From Selaginella moellendorffii (taxonomy: Eukaryota > Plantae > Lycopodiophyta), in assembly GCF_000143415.4 (NCBI RefSeq), contig NW_003314294.1, positions 1,606,770 to 1,670,769 on the forward strand: a stretch of 64,000 bases of DNA. Direction: 5' to 3'. Of the stretch, positions 51,701-62,792 are shown piece after piece. The translations under genes and the position numbers were made by a program. The notes beneath the pieces were generated by a model. That model ran no database searches. It saw only the letters and a list, made by a program, of their open reading frames with translations, and was not told where the DNA came from. Numbering within the stretch: position 1 is the stretch's first letter; the number at the start of each line of letters is the position of its first letter.

Positions 51701-54327
51701 AAAAGCGCACTGGTGGCGCGTCGAAGAAGGACAAACAGACAAGAAATAGGAGAAAAGGAGGTACAAATTATATTTGCAATGGCGTGTGGTCTCATGCCAT
51801 TCCTTGCAGGAGACACTTCTTCAAAGGCAAAACAGGCAAGCACCAGCCAAGCTCAAAATGACAGTGGTCATAAAAAGCGAAAGCACGTTGGACAGTCGTC
51901 GGGATCAGAGGCGTTTGATTCGAAAAGGAAGAAGGGCAACGAAAAAATGATAGGTAATGCCTCGTAGTTATGGCGTGTGTGCTCATGCCATTCATTGCAG
52001 ATCAAGGGCTGAGTGAAAGCAGCCAATCACCACCTCCTGACTCAGATTCCTATGGCGGACTCCCCTTCCCCAATCTCAATGGAGAGGTACAATGGATGAG
52101 GGATGCTTTTCAAGTCAGGGCCACGTTTTTCTCATCTCGTCGTCTTCGAAGGGTGCAAGAACGTGCAGAAACCATGTTAAGACAGTCGGGTGAGGATACG
52201 GTCCTAGGTCACGCACTAAAATAGGCTATGGATGTCTTGTATTTTGAGATGGAGACTCGGCCAGATGATTTTCCCAAGATGGTCCTGGAAGAACAAGCCA
52301 TCCAGCCTGAGCAGCCTATGGAAGAAATGCAGGAGGGGGATGAGGAGCCAAAGAAAGATAATGAGCAGGAAGAGCAAAAGGACGAAGAGGAGGACAAAGA
52401 AAAAGGAGGACGAAGAAGAGGAGGACGAAGAGGACTTGGATGGTCCTCACAATGGTGACGATCACAATAACGACGACGACGATGATGACGATGATGGCCA
52501 GCCTGAGGTGGCCAAAGAGCAGCGGAGGAAGGTCATACAAGACAAACCATCAGGTAAATAATAGTACATCCATTCCTAACCTTTTACCATTTCTAACATT
52601 GTCCATGTAGGTCGCAAAGCAAATGGTAAGTAGAGATTATTCAGTTGAATTAAGATACAAACTCTAGCCTTTAGTGTCGAGGAAGGATAGTGCCAAGCAA
52701 GCGTTAAAACGTATGTCCAATCCTTCAGAATCAGCAGTGCGCCCAAGTGATATCGGTCCTAGTTCCTCAATAGCAGTTGATGGTAAATACAGTATAGTTG
52801 ATTCAATGTGCTAATGAGTTTGTTTTTAGTAGCCAGTAGGGAGGATACCATCTCAATCGAAGGGAGATATTTGGACATGCATATGGATCCGCCAGTGGAC
52901 TCTACTTGCCTGCAAGAGTCATCAGAGCTGGTGGAGGCTACTATCCATATCAACGCCAAGCAAGCTGACCACGCTCCACTTGATGTTGCCCATACCACTA
53001 AGTCAATCTTGTCCACGTATCCAACTGACGGTGACCAGGCGCCATTGGACCCGCATGAGGCTGGCCCAGCCGCCAAGCCAATCGTATCCTCATTTCCAAC
53101 GGACTCAACGTGTGCCCAATCGTCTGACTACGCGCCGTTGGAACCTCCCTACACCGCCCCTGCTGCCTGTTCGGTCATGTCCACTTTGCCAACGGAGGCA
53201 CCAGCTGAAATGGCGTGTGATCACATGCCATCGGAACCACCCCATGCCACTGTTGAGCCAGTTGTACCAGAGTCTACAGCTGAAATGGCATGTGCCCACA
53301 CGCCATCGGATGCGATTGACCCCACATTGCAGAGGAGAGTATTTCTGCCCTTCACGTTTCCTCGACCAAAACCCTCTGAACGACCATCGGGAGCACCATT
53401 CGCTAATATTGTAGATGGTAAAACTGACTTGTACCATTTTTTATGCTGACGCATTTCATTTCAGAGTTACGGCGAAAGTACTGTATCGTTTTTGATCTGA
53501 ACGGTGTCCTTTTCTCCCATGAGCGTGGCTCGTCCTCGAATGTCACTGCACCCTCCAAAGCCTACGGTCGCAAGTTGGTCAAAAGAAACAGATTCACATT
53601 AATCACACGGGAGAAACTGCGGGATCTAATAATGACCATGCGACACTTAAAACAGAGGGCCGGGTTCAATTTGCAATTGGGAGTTTGGACATCCATGATG
53701 CGCCACAATGCATTAACGTTGCTACAGATGATGCACGATCAGACGCGAGTAATATTACCATTTGACTTTCTCCTAACGCAGGAGGATTGCTTGACTATGG
53801 TCCATGTGAGGGGTAGCAAACATATCTTCGTCAAGCCAGAGGCTATAGTGATGAACCGGACTGCTAGGTCAAGTGAAATCCTCATCATCGATGACTTGCC
53901 GATTAAAACTGCAGCAAACACGCACACATATGCAGTGCACCCCATCTCTTGCAGTATGGAAACTAAGGAGAAGAAACCGTATGTTCTGGGGGACCTTGCA
54001 AAACGGCTTGGAGCAATGGTGATAGAGAACCGGCCAGTCCAGGAGGTGGCTGCAGAAATCAACCAAATGGCAGATGGAACGGTATATCAGAAGCCATTTG
54101 ATCGGACAGACACCAATCATCATTTATGGCATGTATATTGTCTAGCCAAGCACTATCCGCATTTTCATAATCTGCTCAACCGGATGGGTTCTTCAACCAC
54201 TAAATATGAGCGTGGACATATTAGAGAAGAGATGGCATTACTATTGGGTTTAAATCCTGATAGTGTGGAGAGTGATGAAATTCCAAGATTATTGTATAGG
54301 CGTTGGAGGCAAAAAATAACAGTCTAA
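48703..54327 (+). CDS. Spliced transposon cargo gene (~1,640 aa, one stop and one frameshift): ParB/Srx-like domain, degenerate N6/N4-MTase-like fold, acidic and Pro-rich linkers, C-terminal FCP1/NIF-like HAD phosphatase
   Basis: GT-AG introns 48706-48944, 50124-50177, 51496-51545, 51633-51688, 51761-51809, 51954-52000, 52554-52610, 52626-52674, 52783-52829/32 and 53418-53464 join the ORF-track pieces in consistent phase. Lesions: TAG at 52222 and a frameshift near 52400. Motifs: RLVSDEWVEKLKQKM...FYAVSGQHSSLAM; PEKAPG...CVVEHNCGGLFFRAALLKGVPCVAV; IVFDLNGVL...GVWTSM...FVKP...ILIIDDLPIK. Confidence 0.75.
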
Positions 54328-54742
54328 GATGGAATGTATTTATTTAAAAATGTAACTTATTATGGCATGGGGTTCCATGCCATTGTATTAATATTAAAAG
54401 ACAATTCTTTGAGAGGATTTGCATTATACTAGAAGTGTTACAGCATGTTATTGGAAGTCTACGAAGTTGTTTTATTAATAAGGGGAAAGTAAAGATTGAA
54501 TGGGGACTTGGGCTCCACCTAGACTCGGAGCAACTGAGCCAATATTAAAAGGATGGAAAGAAATTGGACGACGATGACAAGGAGAAGAGAGAGGTGAAGC
54601 AATGGCAGGGGGAGGAGAAGTGATTGAGTAGACATTTCCTTGTTTAAAATAAAATGGCATGTGCCTCAATGCAGTTGAATTTTGTTATAATTATATACTA
54701 TATAAAGGTTTGGAAACCTTATTTTACAAGTGGGATAATGAC

Positions 54743-54769
54743 AATTCCCACTTTAATGAAATAGAGCTT
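54743..54769 (-). repeat. Right terminal inverted repeat (27 bp)
   Basis: Pairs with 41650-41676. Confidence 0.93.
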
Positions 54770-55393
54770 CCATGAGGCTTGCATAAGGCCATGGTGTTCT
54801 GAAATGTTGGCCCAAAGTCCCAGACTGTGGAAAGGAAGAGGAGTAGCCCTCTAGTGTGGTGACAAGGGACACAGTCACATAGTAAGGAAGTCCTAGAGGA
54901 CAGTTGGGCTTAGTGGTCGGGCCTGTGGGCCTTGATCCAGTGGCAATGTTGGTGAACACGGCCATGGATAGGAAGGGACTTGGCAGGGACCGGAAAGGAG
55001 ACATTGGGGAAGGTTATTCCGCATGTCTGCAGGCATCTTGAGGATGCTATGGAGTGGATCTGGGATAGACACTCATAGATGGATGGCCTAGTCTTTGAGA
55101 GACGGGATTGTAATGTTGGAAGTGTTGGGCCACCGATATGACCAAGGTGAATGGGCATGGCCTAGCATAACGGGCTGGTATGTCAGTGGTACCTTGGGGT
55201 GTCGGTCATGGGATCGGACACGTGGAGCACTTGGGCCAAGTGCAAAAGTTGAGTGGTATGGATACTATTCGCCGGGCTAGCAAGCCGCAAGTTCTGAATG
55301 GGACTTATGGAGGTTGTGAATGAGACTCCTCCAAGTGGTTGGAGGTGCGGTTAAATGACTAAAGTAGAATGGAAAAATTAGTCGCTTACAATT

Positions 55394-55405
55394 TGGTATC
55401 AGAGC
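55394..55405 (+). promoter_or_regulatory. Primer-binding site for initiator tRNA-Met (TGGTATCAGAGC)
   Basis: Canonical plant PBS, 3 nt after the LTR end ...GCTTACA (55390). Confidence 0.92.
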
Positions 55406-56079
55406 TGTTCCTTAATCTGACTTTTATTGGTGCTCAAGTATATCACCACTGGTGTTGGCATCGGAAGGTCCGAGGAGTGGGCCTATCCTTGAGGAGTAGC
55501 AGGTCGGGAAGACATGGCTCTCCATTACAGTTCATGTGTGAACTTGTAGACAAGGTGGTAGATAGAAAAGGGCCAATAATGGAACGACTTTGGGATCTTA
55601 GGAACAGTGCAAGGTTTTCCTCATTGAGTTGAGGAGGTGATCCAGATGAGCGTTTGACTCAGCAAATTGGCTAATGTAGTTGTGGTAAACAACTATAGTT
55701 GGGATCACGGGGAAGATAGAGACTCCAAAAACAATAAAGGAGTCACAAGATTATCTGCACATAGTTGAGGCTGGTGCTCATAAAAGTGAGACTAGAATGG
55801 ATGACCATAAGAGGTCAAGTATAGAAGAGGACACAAGTCCTTGAAATGGTAGCCGGGGCTACCTTTAATAAATGCGGGAATAACCCAAGGAGTTGGGGTG
55901 CATTTAGAGGATGAGTTGGTAATCTCATCACATGGACAAGTTGTTATAAAGGGCAAAAGGTTGCCCTTAGAGAACAAATCAAGTGTCGGAGTAACACTTG
56001 CAAAGATGGTCCTTGTGAGTAGGACATGAATACAAAGAGTTGTATTCCAGTGAGCTAACACCTCAAAAGTAGGACCTCA

Positions 56080-57197
56080 TGTAAGCGACTAAATTTTCCA
56101 TTCTACTTTAGTCACTTAACCACACCTCTGACCACTTGGAGGAGTCTCATTCACAACCTCCATAAGTCCAATCCAGGACTTGGGACTTGCTAGCCCCGAG
56201 AATGGCATCCATGCCACTCAACCTTTGCATTTGGTCCAAGTGCTCCACGTGTCCGATCCCATGACCGACACTCAAAGGTACCACCGACATAGCAGCCCGT
56301 TACGCTAAGGCTATGCCCAATCACCTTTGCCACACTGGTAGTCCAATACCACTTGCATCACCGTCTTGGCTCTCCAAGACTAGGCAAACCATCCGTGAGT
56401 GGTCATCTCAGATCCACTCCTTAGCATCCTTAGGATGCCCACCGACAAGGGGAATAGCCTTCCCCAATATCCCTCTGTCAGTCCCCACTAAGTCCCTTTC
56501 TGCCCCTGGCCGTGTTTGCCAACACTGCCACTGGATCGAGACCCACAGGCCCGACCACTAAGTCCCACGGTCCTCTGGAACTTCCTCACCACACGACTAT
56601 GTCCTTGGTCACTACCCCAGAGGACTGCTCCTCTTCCTTTCCACAGTCTGGGCCTTTGGGACAACATTTTGGAACACCGTGGCCTTACGCGAGCCACCTG
56701 GGTACTCTCCTTGCCTTCTGCCCTTGGGTGCTCTAGCCATGGGCTTAGAGCGGGTTCCGTTGAGCCACACCAGGTATCCAAGTAGGTAGTGCCACCCACA
56801 CTTGGACTGGGAGCATTGGCCAATCGATCTCCCGGGGGAACTAGAGCCGGCTCTTGAACACTTCACCAAGCTACCCCGCTTGTCGGTCTGTGTTCACTCT
56901 AGTCTTGGACTTCCCAGTGGGCAGCTCATCACCCAACACTGGGTCCGGCCTTCCTGGGCCAAACTGGCCTTTCCTGGCCAAACTGGCTCCACTGCAGTCC
57001 TCCCCCTACTATACTTTTGGAGCTCACCAAACCCCCCAGGGTCTGGGAGACGAACGCTTTGGGCTTTCACCCTCTCAGACTCGAACTTGGACTCGAACTC
57101 GGACTCGGACTCGGACTCGGACTCAGACTCGGACTCGGACTCGGACTTGGGCTCGGCTCGGTCTCGGCCTTGGCCTTGGTCTCGTTCTCGGTCCCGA

Positions 57198-57235
<38 letters not shown>

Positions 57236-57886
57236 CCGGTCTCGGTCTCGACTTCGGACTCCATCTTGGACTCCATCTCGGACTCCATCTCGGACTCCAT
57301 CTCGGGTCCATCTCGGACTCCATCTCAGGTCCATCGCGGACTCCATTTCGGGTCCATCTCGGACTCCATCTCGGGTCCGTCTCGGACTCCATCTCGGACT
57401 CCATTTCGGGTCCATCTCGGGTCCACCTCGGACTCCATCTCGGACTCCATCTCGGACTCCATCTCGGGTCCATCTCGGGTCCACCTCAGACTCCATCTCG
57501 GACTCCATCTCGGACTCCACTTCGGACTCCAACTCAGGTCCATCTCGGACTCCACTTCGGACTCCAACTCGGGTCCATCTCGGACTCCACTTCGGACTCC
57601 AACTCGAGTCCATCTCGGACTCCACTTGGGACTCCAACTCGAGTCCATCTCAGACACTTCCACGTGTCATGTGTTGGTCCTTTTGGGTCCCTTTTTGGAG
57701 CCTCGCTTTTTGCTCGCTTCGTGCTCGTTCCTCGAGCACTTCGTTGGGAGTTCCACTCCTGCTCTTGACTTTTCAAGTTGGAGCTTTTGGCCAAACGTGT
57801 TACGCTCGTTTGGCTCTCGCTTCAGCCACTACCACGTGGCACCCTTTCCGGCTCCACTTTGGGGACTAGGGAATTTGTGTCTCACA
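56080..57886 (-). mobile_element. Solo minisatellite LTR inserted antisense into copy B, perfect TSD CCTCA
   Basis: CCTCA at 56075-56079 and 57887-57891; TGTAAG...TCTCACA; the most regular minisatellite in the window. Confidence 0.93.
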
Positions 57887-59311
57887 CCTCATAGGTTGTC
57901 TGATTAGTAAAGTCCAAAAAATTGAATAACTCCAATAGAGTCAAGGAATGATTCTAAGGGATTGATGGAAGCATTTGGACTGAGGTGTGTGGTGCCCCAC
58001 GAAGGATGGGGAGGATCTTGAGATCCAAGCATGAGGACAGTGTGTATCTTATTGATGGCAGAAGGTGCCATGCTAAAGTCGTGGGAAGGAGTTTCCCAGA
58101 AGAAAACAACTTTGACACAAAGTTGTGCGTGAACTCTATGGTGCAATGCTAATGGATAATTGGCATAAGAGACAACCATATTGGTCTTGGCAAAAAGACC
58201 TAGACACAAGTAAGAAGTGTCATAAAGGTAGGCTCGTGGAGCCGATGGTGTGGAGACACCGAAGGTGCCAAGGCGTGCTGCCTTGAGGTCAAGTTGGCGG
58301 GTTCATGAGAACCCCGTCCAAAGGAATCCCAATGGAAATGGGAATGGCATAGCCTAAGCTAGAAGGCATGCAGTTAGAGTGTGGTGACCCAGATAATGAT
58401 GGAGGTGTGGAAGCACCAGCAATGAGTTGTAGGACTTCACAACTATGAGGCAACTAAGCAAAAGGTGCAAAATAATTCGTTAAACTGGTAAAAGGCAACT
58501 ACCTAAGACTTCTTATTGGGATAAAGAAGTTAGATATACCCTTATGAAGGATAAATTGCTTATGTTACGAAATAGTAAATCAATGTCGTAAAAGGAATGC
58601 TCATTGCCAAAGAGGCCATCATTAGGACACCCAAGCACTCTAGAACACCAGAAAGTGGTGTTTGGTGTTATGAGGATAATGGATAATGCCCAAGGGACAA
58701 AAGTCCCTAGCTAATGAAGGATAGGAAGTGCTATCCAAATGTCTAAAGTTGTGGAGACAGGAGAAGTCTGTCTACCCAAATTGGACAAACCCAAAGAGGG
58801 ATTTTGGCAAGGCTAGTGATGGGCATATAAATGCCCATAAGTTGCAACGGTAATCTCAGTGTGTGGGATTACCAGGTGAGTATACCCAAATTGAGGAACC
58901 ACTCCCTAGGCTGTCGGGTAGGTTCATCCCTATGAATACTTGCCAAGGCATGGTAGAAAGCACAAAGCTATCTTCCTAGTTTGAAGGAGAATGACCAAAG
59001 AAAATGTACGAGGCCAAAAGGCAAGTAGTAAAGGGATAGAAGTGAACCATAGGAATTGACAGGCATGACCAAGGGTGGTTATACAATTTGGGAGTGAAGA
59101 ATCAAGTGGGTGCTCAAGCATGTTGTTACTAACGACTGGGATGCCATGGAGAATCTAAAACATGGGATTGTCCATATTAGACTATATGGCAATTGGAAAG
59201 TTTGTGAAAGGAGAGACCTTAGCAAGCTAAGGAACATAGTTCCTTGAATGTTCCTCCTAGGTAGATAAGTACCTAGACGTCCAAGTGTAAATGGTTTATA
59301 GAGCGCGTGAA

Positions 59312-59338
59312 ATCAGAGTGGCGCAGCAGAAGCGTGGT
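59312..59338 (+). other. 5' fragment of initiator tRNA-Met within the LTR element interior (also 5919-5945, minus strand)
   Basis: ATCAGAGTGGCGCAGCAGAAGCGTGGT versus plant tRNA-iMet 5' end ATCAGAGTGGCGCAGCGGAAGCGTGGT (recalled sequence, 26/27). The rest of the tRNA does not follow. Confidence 0.75.
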
Positions 59339-59714
59339 CTTGAAGTTTGCTGAGAGGCGAGGCTATCAAGGTTAGGGAAGTAGTTCCCGAGTGTTCAAAG
59401 AGAGGGCTTTGAACGAAAGTCGATGGTTAAGGACTTTCACGATTATGCATGAACCATGTTACGGTGGCCAGATGACTTGCTAAGTGAGATTGGCAAATCG
59501 GGGGGAACGAATACCCTAGTTGAAGGAGCCAACTTCAAAGGGGTGGCCCATAGGGCCGAGCATGGAGGAGTCCATGCATGATCACAGACTTGTCAAGTGA
59601 GAGGACTTGGTAGTGCGGAGGAACTAGGTTCCTAAGCTGTGATCTATAGCGCGTTTTAAATATAAGTTGGTGCACCGGCGTGGGGAGTCACGCCAAACAT
59701 CTGGTGTGATACCG

Positions 59715-59782
59715 TCCGTAGATGCATATACGGAGGTTGGGTTCGAGTCCCGACACTCTAGTGCTTGGGTTCAAGTCCCAAC
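59715..59782 (+). other. tRNA-like hairpin plus two tandem T-arm/B-box motifs (also ~5478-5545 minus and ~63409-63487)
   Basis: TCCGTA...TACGGA stem, then GGTTCGAGTCC (59740) and GGTTCAAGTCC (59768), each in a GGG/CCC stem. Confidence 0.65.
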
Positions 59783-61229
59783 TCACTAGGGCGTGGTAAT
59801 GGTTTGGAATATGAGGACACTCATATTTTGGTGGTCATGGACTCTCAGTGGGGAGACTGGTTTGGGCACACCGCCAAACGAGGGATGCCTCGGAGTCGTG
59901 ATGCACAGTTAGATTGCTTAGTGTGAAAGCTGGCATATCTAACTTGAACGCTTAGATGTAAGTGGCACCAAGGACGTGGTGAGTGAGATGGGGACACCTA
60001 ATCTCAGTTGCTATGAACCCTTGGCCATAAGGGCTGGCTTGGGTGCACTGCCAAGTGTGGGGGATGCCTCTGGGGTTATGGTCAACAACTTGAAGGTCTA
60101 GAAGACCAAGTATCTCTTGGCAACTCTGTTAAGGTGCCAAGGTGAGATCACTAGGTGATCTTATGGCCAAATAAGGACAAGGTCCTTGGTTGGCTAAGGA
60201 ATGAAGTTCCTAGTTCAAAATGTTGATTTGAACTATTTAAGATGGTGTGGCTTGATCAAAATGACCAAGTGGGAAGAGCATCTAAGGGAAATAAGCTGTG
60301 TCCGTGCAATGGCATAGTGAGTCCAAGGAAAGTAGTCTCTATAAGAGACCCATGGGAGGGTCACGAAGTTGGGCCGTGGATAGAGCCCACAGCAGAAGAT
60401 GTTAAAGAGACGTACTAGGGGTGAACATCCTCCGGACTTGGCAAAGAAGAGTTTTTGCTATGGAACCGAAAGGATACCCCGATCCTATGTTGCTGGGTGC
60501 AACAATCAAGGATAGGAGCAAAAGATTAATGGCTAAGTAAAGAGCCATGGGAATCATGGGAAAGAATCCAAATGACAAAGTTAGGCCAAGAACACTAAGG
60601 TGTGGGGTGCTAACGGATTGTGGGAAAGGCAATGTGTTCCCAAAGATGGATTCCCAATTGCTCCAATTTGGCAAAAGCGGAATCTCCAAGGGTGGGAGCG
60701 GTAAGGTAGCCAAATGATAGGGCCGTGCACAGTCCTAGCACAAAATATGATAACTAGAACTTAGTGCCAAAGGTGGCATGAAATTGAAAAGAGGATGATG
60801 GTGCCCTCAAGTAGAGAACTTCCTAGGATGTGGAAGTGGAGTTACACAATATGTGCAATGCAAGGTGTTGAAGACACCTAGGAAACTGACTTCAAGAAGT
60901 CAAAATTAATAGGGTTCCAAAGTGCAAGGGTTGTATCAATGGAAATTGAGACTACTCAAGAATGAGTAGTGGGATTGGGTTAGAGAAGATGTCTTTAACA
61001 GGTTTAGCAAGCACTAAACCAATAAAACGAGAAAACCACCACAAGTGGTCGAATGAATCTCTAAGTTGAAGAGACTATGCTCCTTAAAGGATGGGTAAGG
61101 CAAGGTGAGCCTTCCGTGTTAAACCATGGACGAATGTTGGTGAGGGGCCAAGGATGCAAAGGGTAATACAAGCTAGTATTACTTTATAAAATAGTTTATC
61201 GTTCGATGAGGACATTGAATTTCGTCTAT

Positions 61230-61241
61230 GGGTGGTGGAGT
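61230..61241 (+). promoter_or_regulatory. Polypurine-like tract before the 3' LTR (GGGTGGTGGAGT)
   Basis: Directly precedes TGTGAGAC; the same 12-mer abuts LTRs at 4011-4022 (minus) and 63667-63678. Confidence 0.75.
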
Positions 61242-62075
61242 TGTGAGACACAAAATCCCTAGGCCCCAAAGTGGAGTCGAAAGGGTGCCATGTGGTAGTG
61301 GCCGAAGCTAAAGCCAAACGAGCATAACACGTTTGGACTAAAATCTCTGACTTGAAAAGGTCGAGAGTGGGAGTGGAACTCCCAACGAAGGGCTCGAGGA
61401 ACAAGTACGAAGCGAGCAATAAGCAAGGCTCCAAAAAGGGACCCAAAAGGACCAACACGTGACACGTGGAGGAGTCCGAGATGGACCCGAGTTGGAGTCT
61501 GAGATGGAGTCTGAGATGGACTGAGACAGAGACCGAGATGGATCCAAGATGGAGTCCAAGATGGAGTCCAAGATGGAGTCCGAGATGGAGTCTGAGATGG
61601 AGTCCGAGATGGACCCGACATGGAGTCCGAGATGGAGTCCGAAGTCGAGACCGAGACCGAGACCAAGACTGAGATCAGGACCGAGACCGAGACCGAGACC
61701 GAGGCCGAGGTCGAGACCGAGGCCGAGTCCGAGTCCGAGTCCGAGTCCGAGTCCGAGTCTGAGTTCGAGTCTGAGAGGGTGAATGCCCAAAGCATTCGTC
61801 TCCCAGACCCTGGGGGGTTTGGTGAGCTCCAAAAGTATAGTGAGGGGGAGGACTATAGTGGAGCCAGTTTGGCCAGGAAAGGCTAGTTTGCCCCAGAAAA
61901 GCTGTACCCATTGTTGGGTGATGAGCTGCCCACTAGGAAGTCCAAGACTAGAGTGAACATAGACCAACAAGCGGGGTAGCTTGGTGAAGTGTTCAAGAGC
62001 CGGCTTTACTTCCCTCGGGAGATCAACTGGCCGATGCTCGTAGTCCAAGTGTGGGTGGCACTACCTACTTGGATA

Positions 62076-62110
62076 CCCTAAACCTAAACCCTAATCCTAA
62101 ACCCTAAACC
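62076..62110 (-). repeat. Short (CCCTAAA)n tract at an LTR breakpoint
   Basis: The LTR normally continues GGATACCTAG; here it reads GGATA-CCCTAAACCTAAACCCTAATCCTAAACCCTAAACC. Confidence 0.85.
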
Positions 62111-62149
62111 GGCCACGCCTTAACATGCGATCATGGTGGATTGCAATGG

Positions 62150-62792
62150 TGTAAGTGACTAATTTTTCCATTCTACTTTAGTCATTTAACCGCACCTTCG
62201 ACAACTTGGAGGAGTCTCATTCACAACCTCCATAAATCCCATTCAGAACGTACGGCTTGCTAGCCCCGTGAATGGCATCCACGCCACTCAACTTTTGCAC
62301 TTGGCCCAAGTGCTCCACGTGTGCGATCCCATGACCGACATCCCAAGGTACCACTAACATACTAGCCCATCTCAGACTCCATCTCGGACTCCATCTTGGA
62401 TCCATCTCGGACTCCATCTCGGACTCTGTCTCGGTCCATCTCAGACTCCATCTAGGTCCATCTCGGACTCCAACTCGGGTCCATCTCAGACTCCATCTAG
62501 GTCCATCTCAGACTCCATCTCGGACTCCAACTCGGGTCCATCTCAGACTCCATCTCGGACTCCTCCACGTGTCACGTGTTGGTCCTTTTGGGTCCCTTTT
62601 TGGAGCCTCGCTTATTGCTCACTTCGTACTTGTTCCTCGAGCCCTTTGCCGGGAGTTCCACTCCCACTCTCAACCTTTTCAAGTCGGAGGTTTTAGTCCA
62701 AACGTGCTACACTCGTTTGGCTTTAGCTTCGGCTACTATCACATGGCACCCTTTCGGCTCCACTTTGGGGCCTAAAGATTTTGTGTTTCACA
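62150..62792 (-). repeat. Internally deleted minisatellite LTR
   Basis: TGTAAGTGACT...TTTCACA; about 1 kb removed near 62370 at CCAT microhomology. Confidence 0.85.

Larger units (their letters stand above)
41650..54769. mobile_element. 13.1-kb TIR DNA transposon (Sola1/DUF7869-like) with cargo gene; TSD CCAT
   Basis: Left end ATGCTCTATTTCGTTAAAGTGGGATTT; reverse complement of right end AAGCTCTATTTCATTAAAGTGGGAATT (24/27). CCAT at 41646-41649 and 54770-54773. The host LTR reads AGTACCCATGAGG at the empty site in copy A. Confidence 0.93.
40705..62075 (+). mobile_element. Non-autonomous minisatellite-LTR element, copy B, carrying the nested DNA transposon and a solo LTR; 3' LTR truncated by telomeric repeats
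   Basis: 5' LTR 40705-55390 (split by 41650-54769), PBS at 55394, interior 55391-61241 (~57950-61241 homologous to 4011-7300 inverted), PPT 61230-61241, 3' LTR 61242-62075. Confidence 0.82.

Noticed and set aside
59312-59400. Functional tRNA-iMet gene
   Set aside because: Only the first 27 nt match; no contiguous anticodon arm, T arm or 3' acceptor strand.
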